A DNA stretch of 64,000 bases from Blepharisma stoltei ATCC 30299. Taxonomy: Eukaryota > Protista > Ciliophora. A model generated the notes under the pieces. It worked only from the letters and a program-made list of their open reading frames with translations. It did no database searches and was not told where the DNA came from. The stretch is taken from NCBI GenBank assembly GCA_965603825.1, contig CBFDEM010000039.1:124001-188000 (forward strand), in the 5' to 3' direction. A program made the position numbers and the translations under genes. Below, piece by piece: positions 34,840 through 46,678 of the stretch. Position 1 is the stretch's first letter. Each line of letters begins with the position of its first letter.

Positions 34840-35975
34840 CATAATTATTAATTCTTTTAATAAAAATGCTTAATTTTGGAAATAAGAACTTCAAATATAT
34901 TTCCAAAAATGAGAAGGATTAATTGAATCCAAATATTAGCAAAATTTTTATCGATTAAATTGCTTATCAAGTTTAAAGCTTGCATTATAAGCCAAAAATA
35001 TTAAAGTTTAAAATTAACTTTTTATGCATTTTATTAATTTTAGTCCTTTAAGTAATATCAATAAAAATAATAAAAGAAATCCCACTAAGCTATTTGCTAG
35101 TCAATATTATAAGTAGCTAGATTAAAATTGCCAGACTGGCTTTAAAGAAAATAAATAAAATTTTTAAAAATCTAATAATTAAATTTGATAAGTTTTCTTC
35201 GAAATTTTGAAAGCGTTTAACCGATAAAATTTCCCAATAGAATTGGGAACTAATATATATTATTTTCGAGCTAATTCAGGCATTTTTGATATTTTTTAAA
35301 TGGCTACATGTATCGGTTTCTTATAAAGTTTTCTCCAAAAGCCAAAGTAAATATGGAATATAAATAAAAGTTTTGAAGGCAAAAGAAAGTTATAAATTTC
35401 TGGAGTAAAAAGTCCAATTGAAGTAATAAGCTATAGCAAGGAAGCTAAAATTCAACTCTGCTAAGATAATGATAGCTTAGCTTTGTTTAGGATTAATTAG
35501 GACTTTCCCACACTTGGTCTAAAAATGCTAATATTAACGCTCCTTTGTGGATATATTAAGCATTCATTGATTAAAACTCCAAATATTATATATTCCAGCA
35601 ATCCACAAATGAATCTCCCAATAAGCAGACTAAAAACCAGCCATGGAATGTAATTCAGTAAATGAAGAAATGGATTTAAATTCAATCAAGCTATATCCCT
35701 AATAATCAGCAATTGCATCCTGCAATCTTAAATAATTAGCTTTAGCTTGATTCCAAGCAAAAAAATCAAAAAAATACCAAAGATTTATAATTTAAATTGC
35801 CAAGTGAGTAAAAAATTATAATTTAATCATCCCTAAATTTTATAAAACATAAATATTATCGAGCACACCAAATGCAACAAAAATTAAGCTTCATCTAGGA
35901 AATTTTCCTTTTTCGCTGACTGATTCCCGTATTTTCAAACACTTTTATTGAACGGCCATTTATGGCTTATAAATA

Positions 35976-37886
35976 ATGAATATCTCAAAGGAATTCTCCA
36001 AGAATATGAGTCAAGATGGAAGTGTAGTCCCAGTGATAAAAGCGGAAGAAAATTCAAGCTTTATTGAAGCTTATCAAGAAAAAATTCCAAATGCAGCTAA
36101 TGGGCATGATGAGAGAACTAAAATCCAACTTTGCTGGGACAATGTTAGTTACGTCATCGAAAGTAGAGGTGAACAAACCCAGATCCTAAAATCAATTTCA
36201 GGTAAAGCCAACCCTGGGGAGCTTTTAGTTTTGATGGGGTCATCAGGGACTGGAAAAAACACTTCTTAACATCTTGGCTGGAAGACTTAAAAGTTCAGGC
36301 AATGCAAAAATTATAGGGCAAATAACAGCAAATGGAACAAGTGTCAAAGAACTTGATTTTGGGTATTATTCAGCTTATGCAACCCAAGACGATATACTAC
36401 TTCCTAATCTAACTCCAAGAGAGTCATTAATGTTTTCTTCAAGACTTAGGATGCCAGGTAACTACCAAGAACATGTGAATAGGGTAAATGGAATCATAAG
36501 AGATCTAAGATTGGCCAAATATGCAGATAATATTATTGGAAGTATAACCAAAAAGGACTATCTGGGGGGAAAGAAAAAGAGTTTGTATTGGGATGGAACT
36601 TATCACTGATCCAATCGTCCTTATACTTGATGAGCCTACTTCAGGTCTTGATAGTTTTACAGCAGAAGTCGTTATTGACTTATTGATAGAGCAAGCAAAG
36701 AAAGGTAGAACTGTAATGTCAACCATTCACCAACCAAGTACAAGCATGTTTGAGAAATTTGACAAATTAGTATTATTAGCAGAAGGCCATCTTGTATATC
36801 AAGGCCCTGCATCAGATTCAACTAAATACTTTGCAAAAATTGGATACGAGTGTCCAAAGCTTATGAACCCAGCTGACTATTATATGAGACTTCTTCATGT
36901 TGTAGATAGGAAGTATCCTACTGAAGAAGAACATGAAAAAATAGAAAAAATGGTAACAGCTTATAATTCAATAGAGCAGGATGAAGGAGACTATGATAAT
37001 ACCAAACTTGAGGCTTTGCAAACTAAGCATTCAGCCTCGCCAACAAACTTTGCCACGCAGTTTGTGCTACTGTTTAGAAGAGTTTGGATAAATGCAAGAA
37101 GAGACCCTCTTGCTGGCCAGCTTTTATTTATCGAGCGCATTATGATGGGTGTTTTAATCGATTTGCTCTGTAGCAATTTAGCAAAAAATTATAACTCTTC
37201 AACAACTAGAACTCAAACTCTTTTTCTCTGTGCAGCGGCTGTAGGTTTTTACTCATGCCAAAATGCAGCAATGCAGTTCCCAAGCGAGACTCCTATATTC
37301 TTAAAAGAAAGCAAGCAAACGGTTTATTCTACAACTTCTTATTACCTTTCCAGGTCCCTTGCAGACCTGCCTATGCAATTTCTACCACTTTTCTGTTTTG
37401 TCTTATTGTATATTGGGCAATCCCTTTTAATGATTATGATGCAAGTAAATTCTGGATATTTAACTTTCTGCTCACTTTACTGCAAATAAATGCTCTTGGC
37501 GTTGGATATGTTTTAGGCTCTTGTGTTAAAACAGAAACAATTGCCTTGGCTATTACTCCAGTTTTTTTACAACCTATGATGCTTTGGTCTAACTATTTCC
37601 ATATGTAGATAGTTACTCTTCAGGATTTGCTTGGGTACAATATTTTTCTGTAAGATTTATTTAGTGCATGAGATGGGCGGTAGAAGGACTTATGGCGAAT
37701 GAATACAATGATTTAGGAATGCACTGTCAACATTGCACAGATTGCAGAAAATGCGATATTTTAAGTGATTTTGATTTTAACAGAAGCATTGGAGAAACTA
37801 TATTGTATCAATGCATTTTGCTTGTAGGCTATAGACTCCTTGCGTTTGTGCTGCTGTGGAAACGAGCTTCAAATGCACGTAGATAA
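35976..37886 (+). pseudogene. ABCG copy 7, pseudogene
   Basis: Several frameshifts (Walker A ~36258, signature region ~36552-36570, ~37388, ~37590) plus substitutions at otherwise invariant sites. Confidence 0.88.
37650..37664 (+). other. 15-nt intron GTAAGATTTATTTAG (in pseudogene)
   Basis: Same position as in copy 2. Confidence 0.85.
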
Positions 37887-38804
37887 ACATAATATAATCG
37901 AAATTTCGTTTAATAAAAAATATAATGTTGATAAAAAAATTTTAAGTCTCTACAAATATTTTTTCACAAATCTAATTTAATTGTTGGGATCAAATTTATT
38001 AATCGTCATTAATTTTATCTATATAATTTGTATGATATTAATTCTTTTTATTAACGAATTAATAAAACTCTAAAAATCAAATTTCTTGTTTGTATTTAAT
38101 ATTACCTTAATCAGATAGGTTATCTATCTTTTAAAGTAAATTCACAAACAAAAATATATCTTAAATAGATTAAGATTAAATATTTAAGAGCTATAAGATA
38201 GGAAAAAAATAATGAACTGATAAGGAAGCTATGTATGAAATATTCAATTATTTTAATTTTTTAAATTAAAAGGTAAATGGGATAATGTTTAATAAATTAA
38301 CATTAAAGGAATGATAAAAGCTAAATATAAAATTTTAAGTAAGTTTAAAGCTTTAAACAGCTACAGAAAAAAATTTTAGCTTAAATTATTCAAAGTAATT
38401 ATGTTTTTATATAACAGTTTATCTGCGCTTATATAATGGAGAGATAATTCAGTAATAAAACGAAGTATAAATTAAATTGTAATCGAAAAAGCATAATTTC
38501 ATTTGTAAATAAGCTATTATTTCTTTGTTAAGTGTTTTTAAATATCTGTGCAAAGAAATTATTCAACTAATATGGAGAGCTTAAAATCTAATTTATTTGC
38601 CTAAAAAGATTGAAAAGCCTGCTTCATATATAAAGCTTTATAAAACCTTAGCATTCAATAGAAAAGTATTAAAAATTCCTTAGATAATAAAATAAAAAAG
38701 CCTTCCCTTTGAACAAAAATTTTCCAAAGATGAGCTAAAATAAACAGCAATTCCAAACTAATATACACCTTATTTAAAGTTAATTTTTTGATCTGATTTT
38801 AGAA

Positions 38805-40738
38805 ATGTATCGATGGCTGTTACAATTGCAAAAAATATTCTCCATGAGGAGAGATCAAAAAGGTGATATAGAAATTCCGAGGCTTCGGGAAGAAGAAAAT
38901 TCAAGTTTTATTGAAGTATATCAAGAAAATACTCCGACTACAGATAAAGGGCAAGAAGAAAGAATAAAAATTCAGCTGAGATGGGACAATGTTAGTTACG
39001 TCATCGAAAAAAAGGTGAGGAGACGCAGATCCTAAAATCAGTTTCTGGCAAGGCCAACCCTGGGGAGCTTCTAGTTTTGATGGGGTCATCAGGGGCTGGA
39101 AAAACAACACTCCTCAACATCTTGGCTGGAAGACTTAAAAGCTCAGGCAACGCAAAGATTAGTGGCCAAATATCAGCAAACGGGACTAACATTAAGGATA
39201 TTGATTTTGGGTACTATTCAGCTTATGTGACCCAAGAGGATATCCTGCTTCCTAATCTAACTCCAAGAGAGTCCTTAATGTTTTCCTCTAGACTTAGGAT
39301 GCCAGGCCATTATCAAGAACATGTGGACAGGGTAAATGGTATCATAAATGATCTAAGATTGGTCAAATGTGCAGATAATATCGTTGGAAGTTTAACCAAG
39401 AAAGGACTATCTGGAGGCGAAAGGAAAAGAGTTTGTATTGGGATGGAACTTATCACTGATCCAATTGTCCTTATGCTTGATGAGCCTACTTCAGGTCTTG
39501 ACAGTTTTACAGCAGAAGTCGTTATTGACTTATTGATAGAGCAAGCCAGGAAAGGTAGAACTGTAATGTCAACTATCCACCAACCAAGTACAAGTATGTT
39601 CGATAAGTTTGACAAATTAATTTTATTAGCAGAAGGCCATCTTGTATATCAGGGCCGCGCTTCAGAGTCCACCAAATATTTTGCAAAACTTGGATACGAG
39701 TGTCCAAAGCTTATGAACCCAGCTGACTATTATATGAGACTTCTTCATGTTGTAGATAGGAAGCATCCTACTGAAGAAGAGCATGAAAAAATAGAAAATG
39801 TAGTATCAGCTTATAATTCAATAGAGCAGGATGAAGGAGATTATGATAAGTCAAAGCTTGAGCCTTTACAAACCAAGAAATTAACAGCTCCTACAAATTT
39901 TGCAGAGCAGTTTATTATACTGCTGAAAAGAGCTTGAACAAATGCAAGAAGAGACCCTCTTGCTGGTAGGTTTTTGTTTATCGAGTACATTATGATAGCT
40001 GTTTTACTCGATTTGGTTTGTAATAACTTAGCCAAAAACTATGATTCTTCAACAACCAGAACTCAGCTCCTATTTATGTCAACAGCCGTAGTATCCTTAC
40101 ATTCATGTCAAACTGCAGCTATGCAATTTCCTAGTGAGACTCCTTTATTCCTAAAAGAAAGTAAGCAAAGGATTTATCACACCATTTCTTACTATATTGC
40201 CAAATCTATTGCAGACATTCCTATGCATCTTCTCCCGTTGATGGTGTATTGCCTTCTTATATATTGGGCAATTCCTTTCAATGATTATGATGCTAGCAAA
40301 TTCTTCATTTTTTACTTTATTCTGGTTATTCTCCAAATAAGCCAGATAGGAGTTGGGTATATTTTAGGCTGTATGGTCAAAACAGATACTGTTGCTTTGG
40401 CTATTGTCCCAATATTTTTTCAGCCTATGATGTTGTGGTCTGGTTTATTTCCTCATGTAGACGAATTTCCTCAAGGATTTTCTTGGGTACAATACTTTTC
40501 TGTAAGAATTATTTAGGTAATAAGATGGGCTATTGAAGGACTTATGGTCAATGAGTACAATGATTTGGGAATGCATTGTCAGCATTGCACAGATTGCAAG
40601 AAATGCGATATTCTGAAGGATTATGATTTTACTAGAAGCATTGGAGAAACTGTCTTGTATCTATGCATTCTTCTTGTGGGCTATAGAATTCTTGCATATT
40701 TGCTACTTTGGAAGAGAGCTATTAATTCTCGTAGATAA
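38805..40738 (+). pseudogene. ABCG copy 8, with a 1-nt deletion in an A-run at about 39007-39013 and an altered start region
   Basis: A7 where eight bases are needed. TGA 39935-39937 aligns with Trp (AW.NARR). The rest is intact. Confidence 0.7.
40502..40516 (+). other. 15-nt intron GTAAGAATTATTTAG
   Basis: Same position as in copy 2. Confidence 0.9.
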
Positions 40739-41019
40739 GGATAATTCTTTGAATAAAAATATTCAATTATAAAAATATTATATGATTACAATATTTTCTA
40801 ATTAAATTACTTTCAATAGAAATATAAAAAAGGAAATCCACTGACAAAATAGTTTTTTAAATAAATAAAATAGAAATAAGCATGTTAAAGTTAAAATAAA
40901 TTATTTCATTATACCTGGCAATTTTCAATTTTTAGTTTCAATTATACCTCTTTGTATTTTTATCTCAGTTTTATCTTTTGAGTCAAACTAAAGGTATTAA
41001 AGTTCCCCGTAATTTTTCT

Positions 41020-41208
41020 TTACCTCTGCGCATTTTCTGCCAAGACTTCATATTTGCTGGATCTGGAAGTTGCAACCAGTTGGCTTAGTGGTCACGCATC
41101 CCATAGGGCCCACCCTAGGCACAAATAATGGTTAGAATTAAAGCGCTTAAACTCAGGTTTAGGTAAAGTGGCTTTTGCGACCAAAATAGTGCGCTGAATT
41201 CAAGACAT
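41020..41208 (-). CDS. Candidate 62-aa small ORF visible only with TGA=Trp
   Basis: ATG 41208 to TAA 41020 coincides with a GC-enriched island in an AT-rich spacer: MSWIQRTILVAKATLPKPEFKRFNSNHYLCLGWALWDAWPLSQLVATSRSSKYEVLAENAQR. Confidence 0.35.
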
Positions 41209-41391
41209 ATTTAATCAATGCTGACATTAATTATCTTTTTGAGTAATTTTTTGTAGTCAGCAAATCACAGAATTTTAGTGAGTTAATTTTTTTGATTGTT
41301 TGGCTAGAAAACTAAAGCCCAACATAAGTCAGAGCTTTATTAAAACCTTGCATTTAGATTCCATAAAATACTTTAAAAAAATTGATTACTA

Positions 41392-41956
41392 GTGTCCAGA
41401 GCCAATAACCCAGCTGACTACTATATGAGACTTCTTCATGTTGGAGATATTAAACATCGTACTGAAGAAGAGCATGAAAAAATAGAAAAAATAGTAGCAG
41501 CTTATAATTCAATAGAACAGAATGATGGCGATTATGATAAGACAAAGCTTGAGCCTCTAAACACTAAGCATTTAGCCTTGCCCATAAATTTTGTTACGCA
41601 GTTCACTTTACTGTCTTGTAAAAAAGAAACTCTTGCTTTGACTATAACTCCAGTTTTTTTTTACAACCTACTGGATTATTTCCACACTTAGATAGCTACC
41701 CTGCAGGATTTTCTTGGGTACAATATTTTTCTGTAAGATTTATTTAGTAAATGAGAAAGGACTTATAGCGAATGAATACAATGTTTTAGGTATGCATGTC
41801 AACATTGCACAGATTGCAGGAAATGCGATATTTTTAGAGACTTTGATTTAAACAAAAGTATTGGAGAAACTATATTGTATCAATGCTTTTGCTTGTAGGC
41901 TATAGACTCCTTGATTTATGCTACTGTGAAAATGAGCTTCAAGTGCACATATATAA
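41392..41956 (+). pseudogene. Decayed ABCG 3' fragment with a large internal deletion; retains the 15-nt intron at 41733-41747
   Basis: NPADYYMRLLHV...NFVTQF joined directly to KKETLAL; multiple indels in exon 2. Confidence 0.9.
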
Positions 41957-42935
41957 ATCATATAATAAAAAGTTTATTTAATAAAAATATAATTATGAGA
42001 TAAAAATATTAAATTTTCATAAATTATTTTCACAAATATAATATAGTTATAACGATCAAATTTATTAATCTTATCAATTTTATCTATATAATTAATACAA
42101 TGATACTAATAATTTTTATTACCAAATTACTAAAAGCTAAAAAAATCAAATTTCTTATTTTTTATTTAATACAGCCTTAATCAGATAGGTTATCCATCTT
42201 TTAAAGTAAATTCGCAAACAAAAAAATTTATCTAAATAGATTAAGATTAAATATTTAAGAGCAATAAGATAGAAAAAATTAATGAATTGATAAGGAAGTT
42301 GTGTATGAAATATTCAATTATTTTAATTTTTCAAATTAAAAGGTAAATGGGATAATGTTTAATAAATTAACCATTAAAGGAATGATAAAAGCTAAATATA
42401 AAATTTTAAGTAAGTTTGAAGCCATAAACAGAGACAGAAAATTTCTAGCTTAAATTTATTCAAAATCATTAATGTTTTTATAGTAGCAGTTATTCTATGC
42501 TTATATAATGGAGAGATAATTTAGGTATAAAATGAAGTTTAGATTGAATTATAATCGAAAAGCAGGAATTACTTATTTGTAAATAAGCTATTATTGATAA
42601 CTTGAGTTTTTTTAAATATTCAAGGCAATTGTTCACCTGATATTGAAAATTGAAAATTTAATTTACTTATCTAGAAAGATTGAAAAATCTGCTTCATATA
42701 TAAAAGCTTTATAAAGTCTTAGTAAAGAAAATAAAATTTTTTATTAGATAACGCAAATTAAAAAATCCTTCTGCTGAATATAAAATATCCCCAAAAAGCT
42801 GATTTTTTAATTTTTCAAAAATAAAACTTATCTATTTAAACCGAAGATGAGTTAAAATAAGACGCAGCACTAAGCAAATACATACCTTTTTTAAAGTTAA
42901 TTTTAAAATCTCTCTCTTATTTTCGAAATGAAACG

Positions 42936-44864
42936 ATGGCTATTATAATAATGGCAAAAGTATTCTCCATGAGAGGAAGTCAAGAGGGTGATATAGAAAT
43001 TCCAAGGTTAAAAGAAGAAGAAAATTCAAGTTTCATTGAAGTTTATCAAGAAAACACTCCGAATACAGATAAAGGACATGATGAAAGAATGAAAATTCAG
43101 CTGTGCTGGGACAATGTTAGCTATGTCATCGAAAACAAAGGCGACGAGACGCAGATCCTAAAATCTGTTTCTGGCAAAGCCAACCCTGGGGAGCTTCTAG
43201 TTTTGATGGGATCATCAGGGGCTGGAAAGACAACACTTCTCAACATCTTGGCTGGAAGACTTAAAAGCTCAAGCAACACAAAGATTAGTGGTCAAATAAC
43301 AGCAAATGGGACTAACATCAAAGACCTTGATTTTGGGTACTATTCAGCTTATGTGACCCAAGAGGATATCCTGCTTCCTAATCTAACCCCAAGAGAGTCC
43401 TTAATGTTTTCCTCTAGACTTAGGATGCCAGGCCATTACAAAGATCATGTCGATAGAGTAAATGGAATCATAAATGATCTAAGATTGGCCAAATGCGCAG
43501 ATAATATCGTTGGAAGTTTAACCAAAAAAGGACTATCAGGAGGTGAAAGGAAAAGAGTTTGCATTGGGATGGAACTTATCACTGACCCAATTGTCCTAAT
43601 ACTTGATGAGCCTACTTCAGGTCTTGACAGTTTTACAGCAGAAGTCGTTATTGACTTATTGATAGAGCAAGCCAGAAAAGGTAGAACTGTAATGTCAACT
43701 ATCCACCAACCAAGTACAAGTATGTTCGATAAGTTTGACAAATTAATTTTATTAGCAGAAGGCCATCTTGTATATCAGGGCCGCGCTTCAGAGTCCACCA
43801 AATACTTTGCAAAAATTGGTTACGATTGTCCAAAGCTTATGAACCCAGCTGACTACTATATGAGACTTCTTCATGTTGTAGATAGGAAGCATCCTACTGA
43901 AGAAGAACATGAAAAAATAGAAAATGTAGTATCAGCTTATAATTCAATAGAGCAGGATGAAGGAGATTATGATAAGTCAAAGCTTGAGCCTTTACAAACC
44001 AAGAAATTGACATCTCCTACAAATTTTGCAGAGCAGTTTATTATACTGCTGGAGAGATCTTGGATAAATGCAAGAAGAGACCCTCTTGCTGGTCAGCTTT
44101 TGTTTACCGAGTACATCATGATAGCTGTTTTACTCGATTTGATTTGCAATAACTTAGCAAAAAACTATGATTCTTCAACAACCAGAACTCAGCTCCTATT
44201 TATGTCAACAGCCACTGTATCCTTCTATTCATGCCAAAATGCAGCTATGCAATTCCCTAATGAGACTCCTTTATTCCTAAAAGAAAGTAAGCAAAGGATT
44301 TATTCCACTATTTCTTACTATATGGCCAAGTCAATTGCAGATATTCCTATGCAACTTCTCCCGCTGTTGATATATTGCCTTATTATATACTGGGCAATCC
44401 CTTTCAATGATTATGATGCTAGCAAGTTCTTCATTTTTTACTTTATTCTGGTTATTCTCCAAATAGGCCAGATAGGAGTTGGGTATATTTTAGGCTGCAT
44501 GGTCAAAACCGACACTGTTGCCTTGGCTATTGTCCCAATATTTTTGCAGCCTATGTTGTTGTGGTCTGGTTTATTTCCTCATGTAAACGATTATCCTGAA
44601 AGTTTTTCTTGGGTACAATATTTTTCTGTAAGAATTATTTAGCTAGTAAGATGGGCTGTTGAAGGACTTATGGCAAATGAGTACAATGATTTGGGAATGC
44701 ATTGTCAACATTGCACAGATTGCAAGAAATGCGATATTTTGAGGGATTATGATTTTACTAGAAGCATCGGAGAAACTGTATTGTATCTATGCATTCTTCT
44801 TGTGGGCTATAGAATTCTTGCATATTTGCTACTTTGGAAGAGAGCTATTAATTCTCGTAGATAA
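42936..44864 (+). CDS. ABCG half-transporter, copy 9 (exons 42936-44627, 44643-44864; alternative ATG 42951)
   Basis: Intact motifs; spliced junction reads YFS-LVRW. Confidence 0.94.
44628..44642 (+). other. 15-nt intron GTAAGAATTATTTAG
   Basis: Same position as in copy 2. Confidence 0.9.
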
Positions 44865-45201
44865 GGATAACAATTCTTTGAATAAAAATATGTAATTATA
44901 AAAATATTAAATGATTTCAATATTGCCTAAACAAATAGCTTTCAATGGAAATATAAAGATGTATATCCACTGACAAAATAGTTTTCTAAATAAATAAAAT
45001 ATAAATAAGTTAGTTAAAGTTAAAATAAATGATTTCATTATACCTGGCAATTCTCAATTATAATTATCAATTATACCTCTTTACATTTCTATCATTCTTT
45101 AAAAAAAAGAAGTAAATTTTAGTGTTTCCTTTCCTATTGATTAATTATACTCCAATTAAATCATAATAAATTATATAATTATTTTCTTTGAGTCAGCATA
45201 A

Positions 45202-45450
45202 GTGTCATTCATAAACCCATTTGCTTAAGTATTTAGACGTATTAGAAATATTCCCTTGCTCTAGTGCCCAGAAATCTTCCAATTGCTATAGAGTTGATGA
45301 ATTTCCACACATCAATTTTATCGCAAAGACAAAAACTTTTTCACTCAAAGATTACAATAAATCAAGGTTCTCAGGAAAGGAACAAATAGAGAAAGTCAAG
45401 TTAATCAAATCATATTAAGTTTTAAGCATATAAAAGAAAAATAGCAGAAA
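45202..45450 (+). pseudogene. Decayed copy of the 5' end of the MYND-kinase gene at 48860
   Basis: Shared words in the same order: TGTCAT, AAACCCAT, GAAATAT, TCTTCCAATTG, ACATCAATTT, CACTCAAAGATT, AAAGGAACA. Confidence 0.8.
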
Positions 45451-46678
45451 AATTGAAATTATATATCAATGAATTCTCCTGATATTTACAGACTTCTTGC
45501 ATTTTTATTACTAACTACATTCGGTTAATATCATAAACAGTTGTTAAATTTAAAGAGACTGACTATAAAATATGTAAAGAAGAGAGTTGCAAATGCACTT
45601 AGATAACTAGTAATAATTATCTAATATAAATATCAATTTCAAATTATTTTTTCCCACAAAGTAGAAGTATTTACTATCTCACCAGATGCAATCAATTGAC
45701 AAAATATATTGCAGTCCTTATAAAAAAGCATTTAATAACACTTTAAAATTTTATCTAAAAATAATTCTTGAATAGTCTTGATACAGTTTATAAAATTTAT
45801 GTGTATGAATAGATAACTATAGATAATCTACTAAAATTTTTTTTTGAAGTCTAACAACTTTGGTATTTGAAAATATCATTTGTCTATTTTATAGTTCAAA
45901 CACCATTTTATCCATTGTTTTTATAAATAATTTTAACCATTTTGATTTAGTTTTTGTAACCGCTTGCTTGAAATTTTCGATTTTTAAGCATCTTGAGCTT
46001 AACGAAAAGTTATAAAAACGATGCCAGCTCAAAAGAAATTTTACGATATAATAATTATTTTCAAAAATTGCAGTAGTTATTAGCCATAAAAGAGGCTATA
46101 ATAAAATTTATTACCTAAATGTCGTTCAAAATCACTAAGCTATGAATATTGATAATATTTTTTTGTTATCATGTAGAGTTGCAATAGGTTAAAAGAGGTC
46201 GCAGAAAAATTAGGAAACAAAAATTTTTCTAGGATTAAGATGATTAAAAAAGGAACTATCAGCAAAAGCAAAACAATTAAACTGTTTTATATAGAGCTAT
46301 AAACTTAATTAAAGTGGCAATATTTGTCTGGCAACAGGATAGAGCCATTAATAGCTCCTATTCCATAAAATAGGAAACTATGCTTTAGCATGGTGAAGCT
46401 TTATCAAGCACTTATTAGCATTGATAAATTATAATTGTAAAATTAGCATATGATAATAAAAGATTATAACTATCAAATGTAATTCTGCAACGCCACCAAT
46501 GTTTATAAAAATATGAGCTTGAAAGCAAATTCAGGGAATTTTTGGTAAAAAATAAAAATTATCAATTTTATCAAAGAGAAAGCTAAATAAACAGCAAATC
46601 TCTCTTAGATGTCACTTCTTTCTAGCTTAATTCTAATTTATGCACTTAGTTTTGAAATTAAGCGATGGTTAATATAAA

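Larger units (their letters stand above)
31776..35975. repeat. Duplicated intergenic spacer: 31776-32922 and 34840-35975
   Basis: Colinear, high-identity noncoding sequence between copies 5/6 and copies 6/7. Confidence 0.9.
37887..45090. repeat. Second intra-array duplication: spacer 37887-38800 matches 41957-42930, and 3' flank 40739-40955 matches 44865-45085
   Basis: Shared long noncoding blocks (e.g. AATCAGATAGGTTATC...GGTAAATGGGATAATG; ATCCACTGACAAAATAG). Confidence 0.85.
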
